A stretch of 64,000 bases of DNA, taken from NCBI GenBank assembly GCA_002104945.1, contig MCFH01000016.1:124001-188000 (forward strand), written 5' to 3'. Positions 46,353 to 60,692 of the stretch are shown here, piece after piece. Within the stretch, counting starts at the first letter, position 1. Each line of letters starts with the position of its first letter. This stretch comes from Piromyces finnis finn (lineage: Eukaryota; Fungi; Neocallimastigomycota). The notes under the pieces were generated by a model. The model had not been told where the DNA came from. It was given only the letters and a program-made list of their open reading frames with translations, and ran no database searches. A program made the position numbers and the translations under genes.

Positions 46353-46914
46353 ATTTATTATTGCATAGACTTTATAATAATATTAAATAATTATGATATT
46401 GTTATACAAAAAAGAGTTATTGAATTACTTTTTTTTATTGTCTAATGATTAATTTTAGTTAACTTTATTTTGTTTTATAATGAATAAATAAATATACTTG
46501 ATATACAATCAAAATTTTTTGCTTCATGCATTTCTTTTTTTTTTTTTCTTTTCATATCATAGACAATAAATCAATGACATAAATTTAAAAAAGACAATTC
46601 GTCAACATTATGGTATGGTATCAATGTATCAGCATATATATTTTTAAATAAAAATTAGATATAATATTTAAATTGGTAATTTCTATAAATTATTCCATAA
46701 AAATAAAATTATTAACTGTAGTGTATGTATTTTAGAGTTTCTATTTAATATTATAAATAAATATAAAACTTTAAAAAAAGCGTAAAAATACAAAATAAAG
46801 ACAATATAAGAATTAATACATATCACATATTAAATTTATTACAAAAAAAAAATATAAAAAAAAATCTTTATATAAAACAATAAAATGAAGAAATTAAATA
46901 CAAAAATTATGGCT

Positions 46915-47108
<194 letters not shown>

Positions 47109-50100
47109 ACCATAATAATTACAGTATTAAGAGTTGTTAATTTAGGTTTTATAATTATGTCAACTTTATTGTGATAATTCCATTTTTAATAATGACATAA
47201 CTACTACATTGAATTAATTAATGAGAAATTGAATAAATTTATACTACAAAATGTTGTTAATATTGTTAATTAAATTAAAAAATATTATTGCTCATGAAAA
47301 TTCTTAGGACATATGAATTACTAATACATTACTAATTATTATTAATGCATTATTAATTACTTTTCCAGCATATTCTAACAGACAACAGTATTAATAAAAA
47401 AATCGTCAAATATCAATGAAATATATGATTATGAAATAAATATTTAAATTCTATAAAAAGTTTTTTTTTTTTAAAAATTAGTTTGTTAAGGAATAAATCT
47501 TTATTTTTTAAATTTCATATCACTAATGTAATGCTTTTATTGAAAAAGATGATATAATTAATGAAATTAAAAATTTATACTTTTAATAGTAATAGAAATA
47601 ATGGAAATATAAAGAATAATGATAAATAAATTTATGCTAAAAAAGAGGTAATATAAAGTTAAAAAGGGAAATATACTAGTTATTAATAATAGAAAGGCTA
47701 TACTTAGATAATCGTAATAAAAGTTGTAGAAATTTCTGGTAGATTCTATCATTATTAAATTAAGAAAAAAATATTTTTTAAAACCTTTTTTTGAAGAAAA
47801 ATTTCTGATTATTTTTAAGAAAAAGTAATAATAAAATAAAAAGAATTTGGTTTTAATAATAAAAAAGGTTACGACAAAATTTTTTTTTTTTATTTTTCCA
47901 AGTAATCCCCTCTTTTAAATAATAAAAAAAAAAACTTGAAGGTATTGAAGAAATTATTAATAATATAGGATTTTGATTTATATGGGAAAGTCTAATCACT
48001 TTTTTTTATATTATTAAATAAATTGCTATGAAAATACGATTTTCAATATAATCTTTACTTTTTTTTTTACATGAAATATATTTAATAAATGTCATTGTAA
48101 TTAACATTATATTTATGGTTTATATGACATACATAGTCTAAAGTTCATTTTTTTATCTTATTATTGATACTTTTATTATATGTTTTTATTAACTAAAAAG
48201 CATAATAGAAAAATATGTTTTTTAAATTAAATTATTTATCTCGTAACAGTAAAATTAAAAAGTGTTCAATGAAATAATTTTTTAATTTTTTTTTTTTTTA
48301 GTTATTATATGAATCATTTTATCGTATTTTAGTAATGAAAATTAGAAACAAAGAATTACAAAAGAAATTTCAAATGATATATAGTCATAAAAAAACTAAA
48401 AAAAACTTTTCATCTTTATAGTAATTAATACAAGACTACAAGAAAGACCATATTTGTCAATATATATATATTTAAAAGATAATAACAAGTTAATTTTATA
48501 ATTAATATTTCTGATAGAAACTATGTTGAGAATACATCATCATAAAATATATATGCTTTTTTTTTAAAAAAAAATATTTATAAAATCTCTAAATACATTT
48601 ATTCAATAATAAAATTTTAAAAACTGAAATGTTATAGTATCATTTTTTTTATATAAATTAAATATTAGTACTTATATCTAATATTCATTTTTGTTTCATA
48701 ATTATTAAATTATTTAAGTTTGAAATGGTATGGTATCACTTTTCTACGTAAAATCCTTGATTAAACAATATTATTAATTATTTATTTATTATATATACTT
48801 CTTTTTACACTTTTAATTTATATTAATTACTATTTTAATATACATTCATGAAAAGGCTCTTCTTTTCATAAATATAAATATTTTTTAATAATATCTAATG
48901 TAAATATTTTCCATATAAAATCTCACTTTTTGTAATTACAATTTTAGTGTAGCCTTGATAAATTTAATAAATTTTCTTTATGTTAATAAAGATGGTTGTT
49001 TAAATGAAAGAAAAGAAAAGATTAATATACATTAATCTTTGCATTAATGCTTTAATATTATATTTTATTTTATTTTTTTGTAAATGAACAAACTAATTTC
49101 CTATTAGTAGAAATAAATTAATAAAATACTATATATTCATTTATTAAAAAAAAAAAAAACTTTAAAAAGTGTTGTTGTTGAATCATATATTGTATAAATA
49201 ATCATTATCCTTTTATTATTAAATGAATATTATGGTCAGCTGGTATTTAATATTTAAATTTTTAATAAATTTTATTAAAAAAATAATAAAAGAAATTATT
49301 TCATTGATTTCATCGTGTATCAATTAATAAATAAAGAGAAAATGAATGGTACAGATAAGTTAATTATAATTATCTACCCTCTTTTTATCATAAAAGTGAC
49401 TATAATACTAGAGAAAATGTTTATCTAAAGATTACTATTATTTTTTACATATTATTAATTGGTTTTTTATTAATAATTTATTAGCTTATTATAGACTTAT
49501 TCATTTATTATTTATCTCATGTATTTATTATTTATTTATTTATTTATTATATATTTATTTATTTAATTTAAATTCCACCTTGTCACCAAAAATTAAAATA
49601 AATATAGAAATTTTAATATTCAATAATTAATTAATTAATATATATTATTAATATATTAATATATAGTTTATATTATTCTATTTTAAAAAAATGTGGTAAA
49701 AGGGTAATACGAAAACAAAAGAATGATGACTTTTCAATTGAATTATATATTAAAATATATTATAATATATGCTCTCCATATACTACTATTAGCCGTAGAA
49801 TATAAATTTAATATATTAATTCACCGTAGAATGAAAACTTTAAAATTTATTTTAAAGTTTTTTTTCATTTTAAAATTTTTATAATTAATTATTTTTGTAT
49901 CTATTGAATTGTTCATATTTTATTGGTTAAAAATAAATTGCTAATTAAAATGAATATATTAACAATATAATAATAGATTTATTATTATTTTAAAAATTTA
50001 CTATTGAATATAAACATAATTAACAAAAAAGGAAATAATTAAAAATTACTTAATTTATATAAATAATAAAAAGAATTTAATTTTAAAAATTAAAAAAAGG

Positions 50101-53100
50101 AAAAAAAAAACAAAATTTTAAAATTGACTGCCTCCTCCTCTCCTCCTTTAAAAGATAATTAATGGATAATGAAGAAAAAGAAAGAAAGGGAAAAAAAGGA
50201 TAAAATTTATTTCATTTATATTTTTTATTTAGTAAGGATTATACCAATAAGAAGTAAATCACTCCAGAGTAGTATTTAGAAATATTACCTTTTTATACCA
50301 TCAAAAGTTTTATCATTTTTTCTATTTTTATTTTTTTTTATATATTGAAAATGATTATTGATACAATCCGTTTTATTAAAGTTTTTACCGTTACTTTTTT
50401 TTTTATTTATGGTAATAATTTATATATTTTTTATTTAAATTAATATTATTTTTTGACACTTTATATTTATGAATGGTGTATGGTGTCGAATATCAACAAA
50501 TTAATGTGTTTTATTTTAATATATTATCATTTAATGTTTATTTATATATTATTATTTTTTTCAATAAAGTTTTTACCTATTACAATCTTTTTTTTAATTA
50601 ATTTTTTTTATAGTAATGATTAAGAAGGGAAATGTAATGTCAAAATTAAAATCGATAATATACCATATAAATATATATTTATAATGGGAGGAAAAAAAAA
50701 ATTCATTCCTTATATTATATGTATTATTTATTTACGTAGCAATAAATAGAAATATAAAAATCAATGTCATTACTCTATTCATATTAAACTTAATTTTTTT
50801 TAAAGTTTCTAGATAAAAAGACATTTTTTTTGTATTTGTATACTATTATAGTTCAATTAATTATCGAATAATAATGCTTAACTTTGACATTCTATCTTGG
50901 CTCTTTAAACTTTTTATAATTAAAGTTTAATATTTAAAAATTATTATATATTTCATTTTTAATATAAATGATAAATGAATTAAAATTTTTTAATTATTAT
51001 ACAGACGTGGTATAGTGTTTATTTTTGAACAAAAAAAAAAAATTAAAATTATTAATACTAAAAAAAAGTGTTTTCATAAGCAATCGATTTACTGTTGTTT
51101 TCAACTAATTTATCTATATTTCTATTTTTCTATTAATAGGAAATTAACGCATACAATTCCCATTACATCTCATACAAATTTGAAATTAATTAATATTGGT
51201 GAGGTTGAATATTCCAAAATATATGTAATTTTATTGAATAAATATCATAGTTTATTACCATTTTTATTTTTAGATGGATCAAGATGAAGTAATAAAAATT
51301 GATTATTGAAGAATAAAATAAAATGAAATAATAAGTATTTAGTATTTAATATTAATATAAATAAATATGAGAGTAGTACTAACCCTAATTTTTTTTATTA
51401 TAAAGTTTTGTTTAAACGATGTAATTGTCTATAATAAAAGTGATATATTTCATTATTAATATATAAAACCTTATTATTCTATATATAAATCTATGTAAGA
51501 ATTATAAATAAAACTTTATTACCTAAATAATTATGTAGGTACATTCTAGACCCAAGAATTATTTTATATAATTAATAAAGTAAAATAATATATATATAAA
51601 AGACAATTTTTTTTTTAAAAAAAAGTATATTTTAAAACTTTATTATTAATAATAAATTATATTAATAATATCATTAATCTTTTTAAACATTTCATTCCGT
51701 ATAATTTCACTTTTACTTTAATGAATGATGTAATTCACGAAATCCCAATTCTAAATTCATATTTATATTATTGTCTATTGAAATTTTAAAAAAAAATTTT
51801 TTTCTTATTAATTTATTATTCAACTTTTTCTTTTTATACTACCAAAAAGTAAAGTTGAATAATTTACACAAGAAAAAAAAAGCTATTAAAAATTAAAATA
51901 GTTCAAATCTCTGTTAATCATTTATATAAAATTATTCAAAAGTTTGTTCTATTAATTTCTTTTATTATTCCTAAATTGTTCCTATAGTGTATAAAATTTA
52001 TAAAAGTTTGTTCCATCCATTTCTTTTCTTAATATAAAGAGAAATACTCTATTATGTTAATACAATTTAAACTTTTTTCAAATAAAACCATTAAAATTCC
52101 TATTTTAAATATTTTAAATATTATTAAAGTTTTGGTTTTTTTGCATATGTCGAAATGTTCATTTTTTTTCTTTTTTGAATCTATAAGTTTAATATAATAT
52201 ATTAATTTTTTCCATCTATTTTTAATTATAAAATAATATAATTTTTTTTTTTTTTTAATTATTATTTAATGATAGCATTTTATGGAGGAGGATGTGTTAT
52301 ACATAAAAATGGAAAGTTATAGGTTAATACAATATAAAATATTGAAGAAGACAATTATAAAATAATAATATTTTATTTTTGTATAAATGAGTAATATATT
52401 AAAGTATAGTTTGTGTCAAATTATAAAAGATTGTGATTTCTAATTTTTCTTTTTTTTTTTTTTATATTGAGTGAGGTGTTCCATCTTTTATTTAATACAA
52501 AGTGTGACATAGAATTTAGTTTTAAATATATTTACTTTTGTATTACTTTAAATATTAATAATGCAAATGTAAATAGTAAGCAAATAATAAGATAACTGCT
52601 TTTTAGAGTATTTATTTTTTATAGTCAATATCATCCTATTTATCTTACCTATTTTATATGGTGTCTATTTTTATTTTCTAGCCAAATTTTATGGTACTGA
52701 AAAACATATGATAAGTAATAAACCACAATATATTACATTATAATTCAATATATATATTTTTGAATAGTTATATTAATTTTTTATATTATTATTTTATTAT
52801 ATTATATTTTTATTAATTCTTATATTGAAGTTAATATACCATATAATATTCATATATTATAGGATTATAAATTTATCACTTTTTTATATAAAAATCAATA
52901 CAAATAAATTACTCAATATATATTAATATATTATGAAAATATTAAATATATATTTATAATATATCACAGTAATATTGTTTTATATATATTTTTAAATATT
53001 ATTTTTAAAAATTATTTTATGATAATTTTCAAATTTGTATTTTTGGTGTTATTTAATAATTAATATATTGGTAATATATTGTCTTTTATTAAAAATACGA

Positions 53101-54933
53101 TATAATATATTATGCAATATATTCTTTTTATTTAACAAAATATATTTACCTATCTGGTAATATATAACAATATATAACAATATACTATAATATTAAATAT
53201 TATATTTAATATAATTAATCAACATATATTATAATATATTACAATATATTCATTAGAAAATTCAATGTTTTTTTAAAAAGATAAAAAATATTAATAATTA
53301 AAGTTTGATATTTATCGTCTCTTATTAATGATGATAAATAAAAAAAATAATTAAAAAAAACTGTCTTTTTAAGAAATTTTGTTTTGTATAAATAAAAGAA
53401 GAAAAGGCCTTTTTTTTTTTTTTTTTTTTACTTTTTTAAAAAACCACATTAAAAAGAAAAAAAGTAAATTTATAAAGTTGTTTTATTTTTCTTTTTTTTT
53501 CTTTTCTCTCTTATATAATATATTTTATTCTTTTTTTTTTTTACTTTTTTTTTCTTCCTTAACTATTTCTTTCTTTTGTTAATACACTTGTTTTAATATT
53601 AAAAAAAAAAAAACGCTTTCCATATAGTTTGTAGTATAGTTTATTGTACGAATAAAAAAATAAACAACGATTTTTATAAATATATATTATTTCAAAATAC
53701 TTTTGATAATTATATTTACATTATCGAAAATTCAGTAATATAAATTGAATTAGTAAAAAAAAAAAAAGGAAATACTCATTGAATAATTGAAAGTCAAAAT
53801 ACAACTCTTTTATTCAATTCGTTTATATTAGTTTTATAAATAAACTAAACTAATAAAGTATATTCTTTTTTTTTTATTATTATTGAAAAAAATAATAATA
53901 TATATATATAAAAGAACAATATTCTATAGAATTGTCTTATTTATATTTTGAATATAAACTTGATAATTTTATTATACAAACTTAAAGAAAGTTAATAGTT
54001 CTTAAAATAAACAACTTGAGAAAAAAAAATAAAGACTTTAAAATTATATTTTAATAATATTATTACTCAGCAGTAGTCGTTCCAAGACTTACTTCAAAAT
54101 ATTATTATTAAGATATTATTATAAAATAATTGTAAATTATACTTCTTTGAATGAAAAGATTATAATTACAGTTTTTTTGTATTTATTGTAAATATATAGT
54201 TTATTCAGAAATAAACTATTCAATATACGCTAATATACCATATTAATTTTTCTTGATTTAAAGAAGAGTTAAATTTAATAATAGAATAATTATTAGATAA
54301 TTATTTATTATTGTTTTCATAAAAAAATATAAATATAGTAATAAAGTAAAAGTAAAAAACAAAATCTTTTATTTTTTCAATTCAATATCAAAATCATAAA
54401 TATTGAATCATACCATTCTATCCATTGTTGTAAATACTATTTTTAAAGAATAAATAAAAGAAAAAAACTATAGATAATTAAAGAAATGTACATAAATCAA
54501 AATAGCAATAGATTATATTAAACGTCGTAATACATACTTTAAATTTATATATAATATTTGCAAACAACTCCTCTTTAATAATACTATCATATCAATAAAC
54601 CTTTTAATAACTATCCTACTATTGGATATCATTCCATATTTGTGTAATATTATATATACAGTAATAAAATAATAGTAAAAAGTAAATATAAAGAAAAGAA
54701 TTCCTGCGCATTTTATACGCTATAATAATAATATTAGAATTATAAAGTAACGAACAAATTAAAAAAGATTAGATTATTGAAAAATAAGGAAATAAAAGTA
54801 TAACAGCTCTTGTAATATCATTTTATTATCATTAAGTTATAATAATATTTTACCAAGTTGAATAATATTAAAGAAAGAAAAAAGTGTTTTTTTTTTTTTT
54901 TTTTCTTTTTTAAGAATATTTTAAATAGTTCTA

Positions 54934-56872
54934 ATGAATGATTTTGATTTTGAAATTCCAGATTTAATTGGAAAAGTTTTACCTAATACTAATGAACTTA
55001 AAATATTATCTATAATTGGTTATGGCTCTTTCGCTGTAGTTTATAAAGCTAAAGATATAAATGGCAATATATTTGCTGTTAAATGTATTGTTAAAAAAGG
55101 ATTAAATTCATCTCAACTTGATCTTCAATATCGTGAAGCTGAACTTTTAAAAAGTCTTGAAGACCATCCAAATATTATTAATTTATATCAAGTCATTGAT
55201 ACAGAAGAAAACTTATTTTTTGTATTAGATTTATGTGAATGTGATTTATTTGAGGCTATTGTTCATAATCATGGATTTGATGATGAATATACTAAGGAAG
55301 TCTTTGAAATATTGATTGATACTGTTCAATACTTACATAAGAATCATATATATCACCGTGATTTAAAACCAGAAAATATCTTAATTACTGTTGATGGTGA
55401 TATTAAAATTGCTGATTTCGGATTAGCTTGTAGTGATACTTGGTCAAAGGATTTTGATTGTGGAACTCTTAGATATGAACCACCAGAATGTGTTGATCTA
55501 ACTTCTAAAGGTTATTGTCCAGAAAAATCTGATATTTGGGCTTTAGGTGTCATACTTGTAAACTTACGTTATGAACGTAATCCATGGGCTTATGCCTCCC
55601 CAGATGATAATATATATTACGAATTTATTAATAATAATAGCAATATTCTTCAACAACAATTAGGTCTCTCTGATGAAATGAACGTCATCTTAAAAAATAT
55701 CTTTAATGTTGATCCAAATATGAGATGGTCTCTTGATCAATTAAAGGAAGCTATTGTTTCTATTAACGAAATGTATGATGATTCAAAATATGATCCAGTT
55801 ACACCAAAGAAGAGCAACCAATCTAGCCCAATTCCAATTACCCCAAATTCAAAAAAGGGTTCCTTCTTCTCTTATACCTTTTCTTCTGCTAATTCATCAA
55901 CTTATAATAATTCCCCAGGATTTATTCAACAATACGAAAGTGGCTACTATGGTGGTAATGATGAAAAAGAATATACCCTTCCTGATCACACCTTAATCAA
56001 TAGTAAATATGATAATTACTTTTTAAATCAAGCCTCTTTTTCTCATTTCAGTTTCTGTTCTCGTGATGAAGAAGAAGATGATGAGGAATTTGACAATGAT
56101 GAAGATGATGATATTGTAGATGTTCAACAACAACATGATTGTGATATTGAAGTTGCTTGTCATGATGAAAAAGATAAGAAAAAGATTAGAAATCCAAATC
56201 TTAAGATATTTTGTAGAGACTTGGAACATGAAACCTTTTATTTGGAAGATGATCTCTATTCTCCAAAGGATAATAAACTCTATCGATCTATTAAAAAGGG
56301 AAGTATTTGTAGTCGACAAAGTCCTTCCCTTCGAAGCAATGCAAGTTGTGGTAGTATTCGTTCACCATTTGAAAATCATCACCGAAATGAAAATAATCAT
56401 GTTGTTCGACCAACTCCATTAAGAATTAATACTAATTTGTTTTGTGATGAAGAGGAATCTCAATTGGAACCAGAAATAAAAATGAATAAACAGGATATTA
56501 TCAACAAACCTCAAAATTCCTCTATCAATGAAAAGAAAACTCTCAAAGATCATGTCGTACCAGAATCATGGGAAGATTATAGTTTTGATGGAGAAGGTGA
56601 TGTTTCTATTGATTTTGAACAAGAAGAATCCACAGATAACCAAAGTCTTATTTTACAACCGCAAAATCAAGAAATTTCTTTTTTTCGTGAAAATGAAAAT
56701 GGGCATCTTTCCCCTAAAGAATGCTCTGAAAAAATTGCATCGTTTTATAAAGAGAAAATCATAGGCTATCAAAGTAGGGTAAAAGATGGTGAAGAGGAAG
56801 AAGCCAACGAGGATGATAAAAAAATCAAAGAGAAAAAGTATTCTGTGAAAACTGAGGAAATTATGCAGGTCC

Positions 56873-56916
<44 letters not shown>

Positions 56917-57645
56917 ATAGTAAAGAAGTCGGATATCCGTGAAAAAGAGACTTTTCAAAATAGCATTAATCCCAATCATGAGAAAAATATTATCAAGAAG
57001 AAGAAAATACCACAAATTAACATGCTTTCTCCACCCTTAGTGAAAGAGAGAAATGATAATGATGAAATATACATTAAAACCTGCTATCAATGGTGTTCAA
57101 GTACCCTTTTTTTCGAACATTCTTTACTTGTACACATTAAAGAAATTTCTTTGTTAAATATGAATTTGATATGGATGAGCAGTCCTCCTACGAATTATTC
57201 TTTCCTACTCAAGTATTACATACCACACTTTCGATTTTATCTTTATCTTTTCGGCTATCAATTAATGGAAAGAATAGGAAAGCTTCCAGTTCTGAAAAAT
57301 ATGCCTTTTTCTGGTCCGTTAGATTCAGAAGAAATGAAGAAAGCATCGCCTTCAAAAGAATCTAGTAAACAATATCACAACAATAAAAAGAATAAAAAGC
57401 ATTCAAAACTTATCGAAAAATCGACCTTTTCTTCTAACCAAAAAAGTGTTCTTTCTGTTTTTATAAAGTTTTTAAGTAAATTTATTATAGATTTTATTCA
57501 AGTTTCAGAAAATTTAAAATATCATACTATATCGATAACTCAAAAACCGCATTCTTTTCATTATAATACCATTACATTCAAGGGGGGAATAGAAGAAGAG
57601 AATGAAGATTCTAAATTTTATTCCTTTCCGCGAAGGCTGTTCTAA
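54934..57645 (+). CDS. Ser/Thr protein kinase, Ran1/Pat1/Sks1-like, with a long low-complexity C-terminus
   Basis: 903-aa intronless ORF: IGYGSFAVVY, AVK, HPNII, YHRDLKPENIL, KIADFGLA, CGTLRYEPPE, KSDIWALGVILVNL...RNPW (the RNPW motif is typical of the Ran1/Sks1 group). Confidence 0.88.
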
Positions 57646-58593
57646 TAACAAAAAAAAACCTTTTGCATACTAGAACTTTTTGTTCAACATTACATAAAGT
57701 AAATTCCATTGCTAAATTAAATTTATATATAATTTAACGATGTTTAAATTAGCATCATTTGAAATGGCGTTTTTATTATTTTTTTTTTTTTAAAAAAAGT
57801 AAAGATAACCTTTTCTAATGATGTTGAATACCTTTTTTTCTCTCATAGTAAATATTGTTTTTTTTTCTAATATTTAATAATAAGTATATTATTAATTTTA
57901 GAAAAAAAAATTTACTATTTTCATTTTCAATTTTATCATTTTTATTCGAAATTAATATATCTATTATTGAATTTTTAACTATTTTTAATATTAAAAAAAA
58001 TGAAAAGAAAAAAAAAATTTTTTTATAAAAATATTATTAATAAATAAAAAAAAAAATTAAAATACTTTTTATAAACTAAACAAGATATATATATATTAAT
58101 ATTTATTATGCGAATGTATAAAAAAAATTACAAAAAAAAAAAAAAGTATAATAATATTGTAAAATTAAATAGGTAAAAATAGGTTACTTTCTTTATAACT
58201 ATTTTTTTTTTAAAAAAGAAGAAAAAAAAAAAAAAAAAGACGATCTATTTGAAACAATAATAATAAAAAAAAAAAAATTTAAACCACAACTACTTTATAA
58301 AAGTTTTCTTTCATCATTTTTAATGAATATTAATTTTTTTTTTTTTTTTTTTTGATATAATATATATATATATTTATTATGATTTACACAACGAATATCT
58401 ATGCAATTATTTTAAAACTATAATGAATTATATTGTTATTGAACTATTAATAGAACTCTAAAAAAAAGTTGTTTTTTTTTTATATAGTATTTAATTATAT
58501 ATATTAATATATATTATTCCTTATATATCCATTATATTATGGGTAAAAAAAATAAGAAAAAAAAATAGTAATATTAAAAAAAATATTTAAATA

Positions 58594-58660
58594 AACATAC
58601 ATACATACGTATCTTATTCTCTTTTATTTAAAGAGAATAAGATACGAATGTATGTATGTT
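58594..58660. repeat. Near-perfect inverted repeat (31-bp arms, 1 mismatch, 5-nt loop)
   Basis: AACATACATACATACGTATCTTATTCTCTTT-tattt-AAAGAGAATAAGATACGAATGTATGTATGTT. Confidence 0.95.
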
Positions 58661-58826
58661 AATGATGATGAATGATTTTATAAACAATGTTCATGTTCTA
58701 ATAGTAATATATATTGAGTAGGATTACAATAGAATTAACAAGGATTAGGAAAAAAAATAAGATTTGTAAAGGCTTATTATTATTTAATAGAAATATAGAT
58801 ATTAAATATTAGTTTTTTTTTTTTTG

Positions 58827-60692
58827 TTAATTATAAATTTCAATTAAAAAACAAACACCATAATGATCGGATAAATATTGAAAAGGTTTATTATCCACTT
58901 TAAATTTTTCTATTTCAATTTTTTTAATTTTATAATATTTCGAGATAGTATGAAGATAGTCTTGAATAAATAGGCTGTTTTTTTTTCTATTTAGACTGTT
59001 TTCAATAGTTAATTCTAATGGATTTATAGGTTCTGTCGGATTATATGTGAGGGATTTCTTTTGTAGATTAGAAATAGCATCAAAAGAAGAATTAATTTTA
59101 CGATGACGATCTTTCTCTTTAATATTTGAAATATCTATTTTATTTGTATCCTTTTTTGAATCGGTCAGGTTATCCGGTGTTTTTTCTATGGTATCATCAA
59201 ATAGAATAGGGCGTTCAAGAGTGGAAGTCAACATTTTTAATTCTGGATAAAGTTGTTGGGTTTGAAGGTTGGACGGTTCAATTTTATTAAAAAGAAAGAC
59301 ATAATCTAACGATTTTTTCACTTCCATAATATCATTTTCCTTATAAAATTTTTTTGGAAATATTTTACAAGAGGTATTTGGATGATACTTTAAAAAATAT
59401 CTGCCAATATCATACACCTCAAATGTATTATTTAATTCATCATCTTCGGAGGGATAACATTTTATTTTTTTAATTCGAAAACCATCAGAACACCAACCAC
59501 AGCACAAACCACAAAGATCTACGGATGGATGATAAAATGATCTTTTACCTCGAAAAATATCCATCATTATTTTATACTCTTTAGAAGAAACCGTTGTATT
59601 TTTTTCGTATAATCTACTATTGACATTTAAATCCCCCAAAAGAAAAATGGGCTCGGATTTTTTAACTTTGGCCGTTTTACATTGAATAAAATTTCGTATT
59701 TCGGTTAGCTGGGTAAACCGTATTCTTACTGATTTTGATATATTAACATGTGGATAATTTGAATAGGAGGCTTGTAAATGAGCTGAAAAAAGATGTAAAT
59801 ATCGTTGAGGAAGAACTTCAATTTTTGCATAGAGAACACTTTTATCCGAAAAACTAGAATAACGATAATAATAAATTCAAATAAATTTTCAATAAATTAT
59901 TAATTTTCTTATTTCCCTCTTTTTTTTTTTTTAATAAAAATATTATAATAACTTGGGTATATACATTAAATACTTACTAATCTCCATGAATACCTCGTAT
60001 TAATCTTTTCATATTTTATAAATGAAATATTATAATAGAATGGTTATTATATAAAAATTTAATAAAATTTAATTCACAATTTAAAAAAAAAAAAAATGGG
60101 TAATGTAGATTTACTAATGATTTTATCATTCTTGTTTAAATTTATATAATAAATGTAAAGATTATTACTTATGAATATCAAAGTCCACAATAGGGTATCT
60201 TGACAATAACAACAAACCACCATCAGATGCAAATTTCCATATAGGATTTTTTGGTGTACGACAATGATATAATAATCCATACTCTTTAGCAACTTCAATA
60301 ATATGTTCTATTCTATTAGATAAAAATGAAAACATTTCTTGGAAAGTAATTATATCATACTTTTTAAATATCCTTTCACCAAAAAGGGCAAGCCTCTCAT
60401 CTCTATAATCTCTACTTAATGTGGAAATAAATGGTGGTCTTATAAAAGAATTATAAGTAAGTATTTTTATTGCTATATACACATCATCATTCCACCGTAT
60501 TAAAATAAAAAATATTAAAAAAAAAAATAGTAATAATAACTGTTAGTTTTACTTTACTACTTTTAAGAATATATTTGTTTGATAAATTATTTATTGTATT
60601 TATCTAATTAAAATATAAATTATTCATTGTAAAGAGATCAATGATATACCTTTAGAGGTAACATTCTCTTTTGCTTTTATATCACTATTCAT
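58827..60692 (-). CDS. Endonuclease/exonuclease/phosphatase-fold neutral sphingomyelinase / ISC1-like phospholipase C
   Basis: Four exons: MNSDIKAKENVTSK|AIKILTYNSFIRPP...YDIITFQEMF...SDGGLLLLSRYPI...HK|LIRGIHGDY|FSDKSVLYAKI...LHLFSAHLQASY...LGDLNVN...YLSDHYGV. The catalytic QE, GDLN and SDH motifs are present. Confidence 0.88.

Noticed and set aside
53195-53250. AT-only palindromes and inverted repeats (also a 9-bp IR near 5433-5492)
   Set aside because: Expected by chance at this AT content.
47567-53582. Short ORFs 47567-47752, 51015-51287 and 53379-53582 (also 61043-63090)
   Set aside because: F/I/K/N/Y-rich translations of AT-rich non-coding DNA, mostly with non-ATG starts and no domain or splice support.
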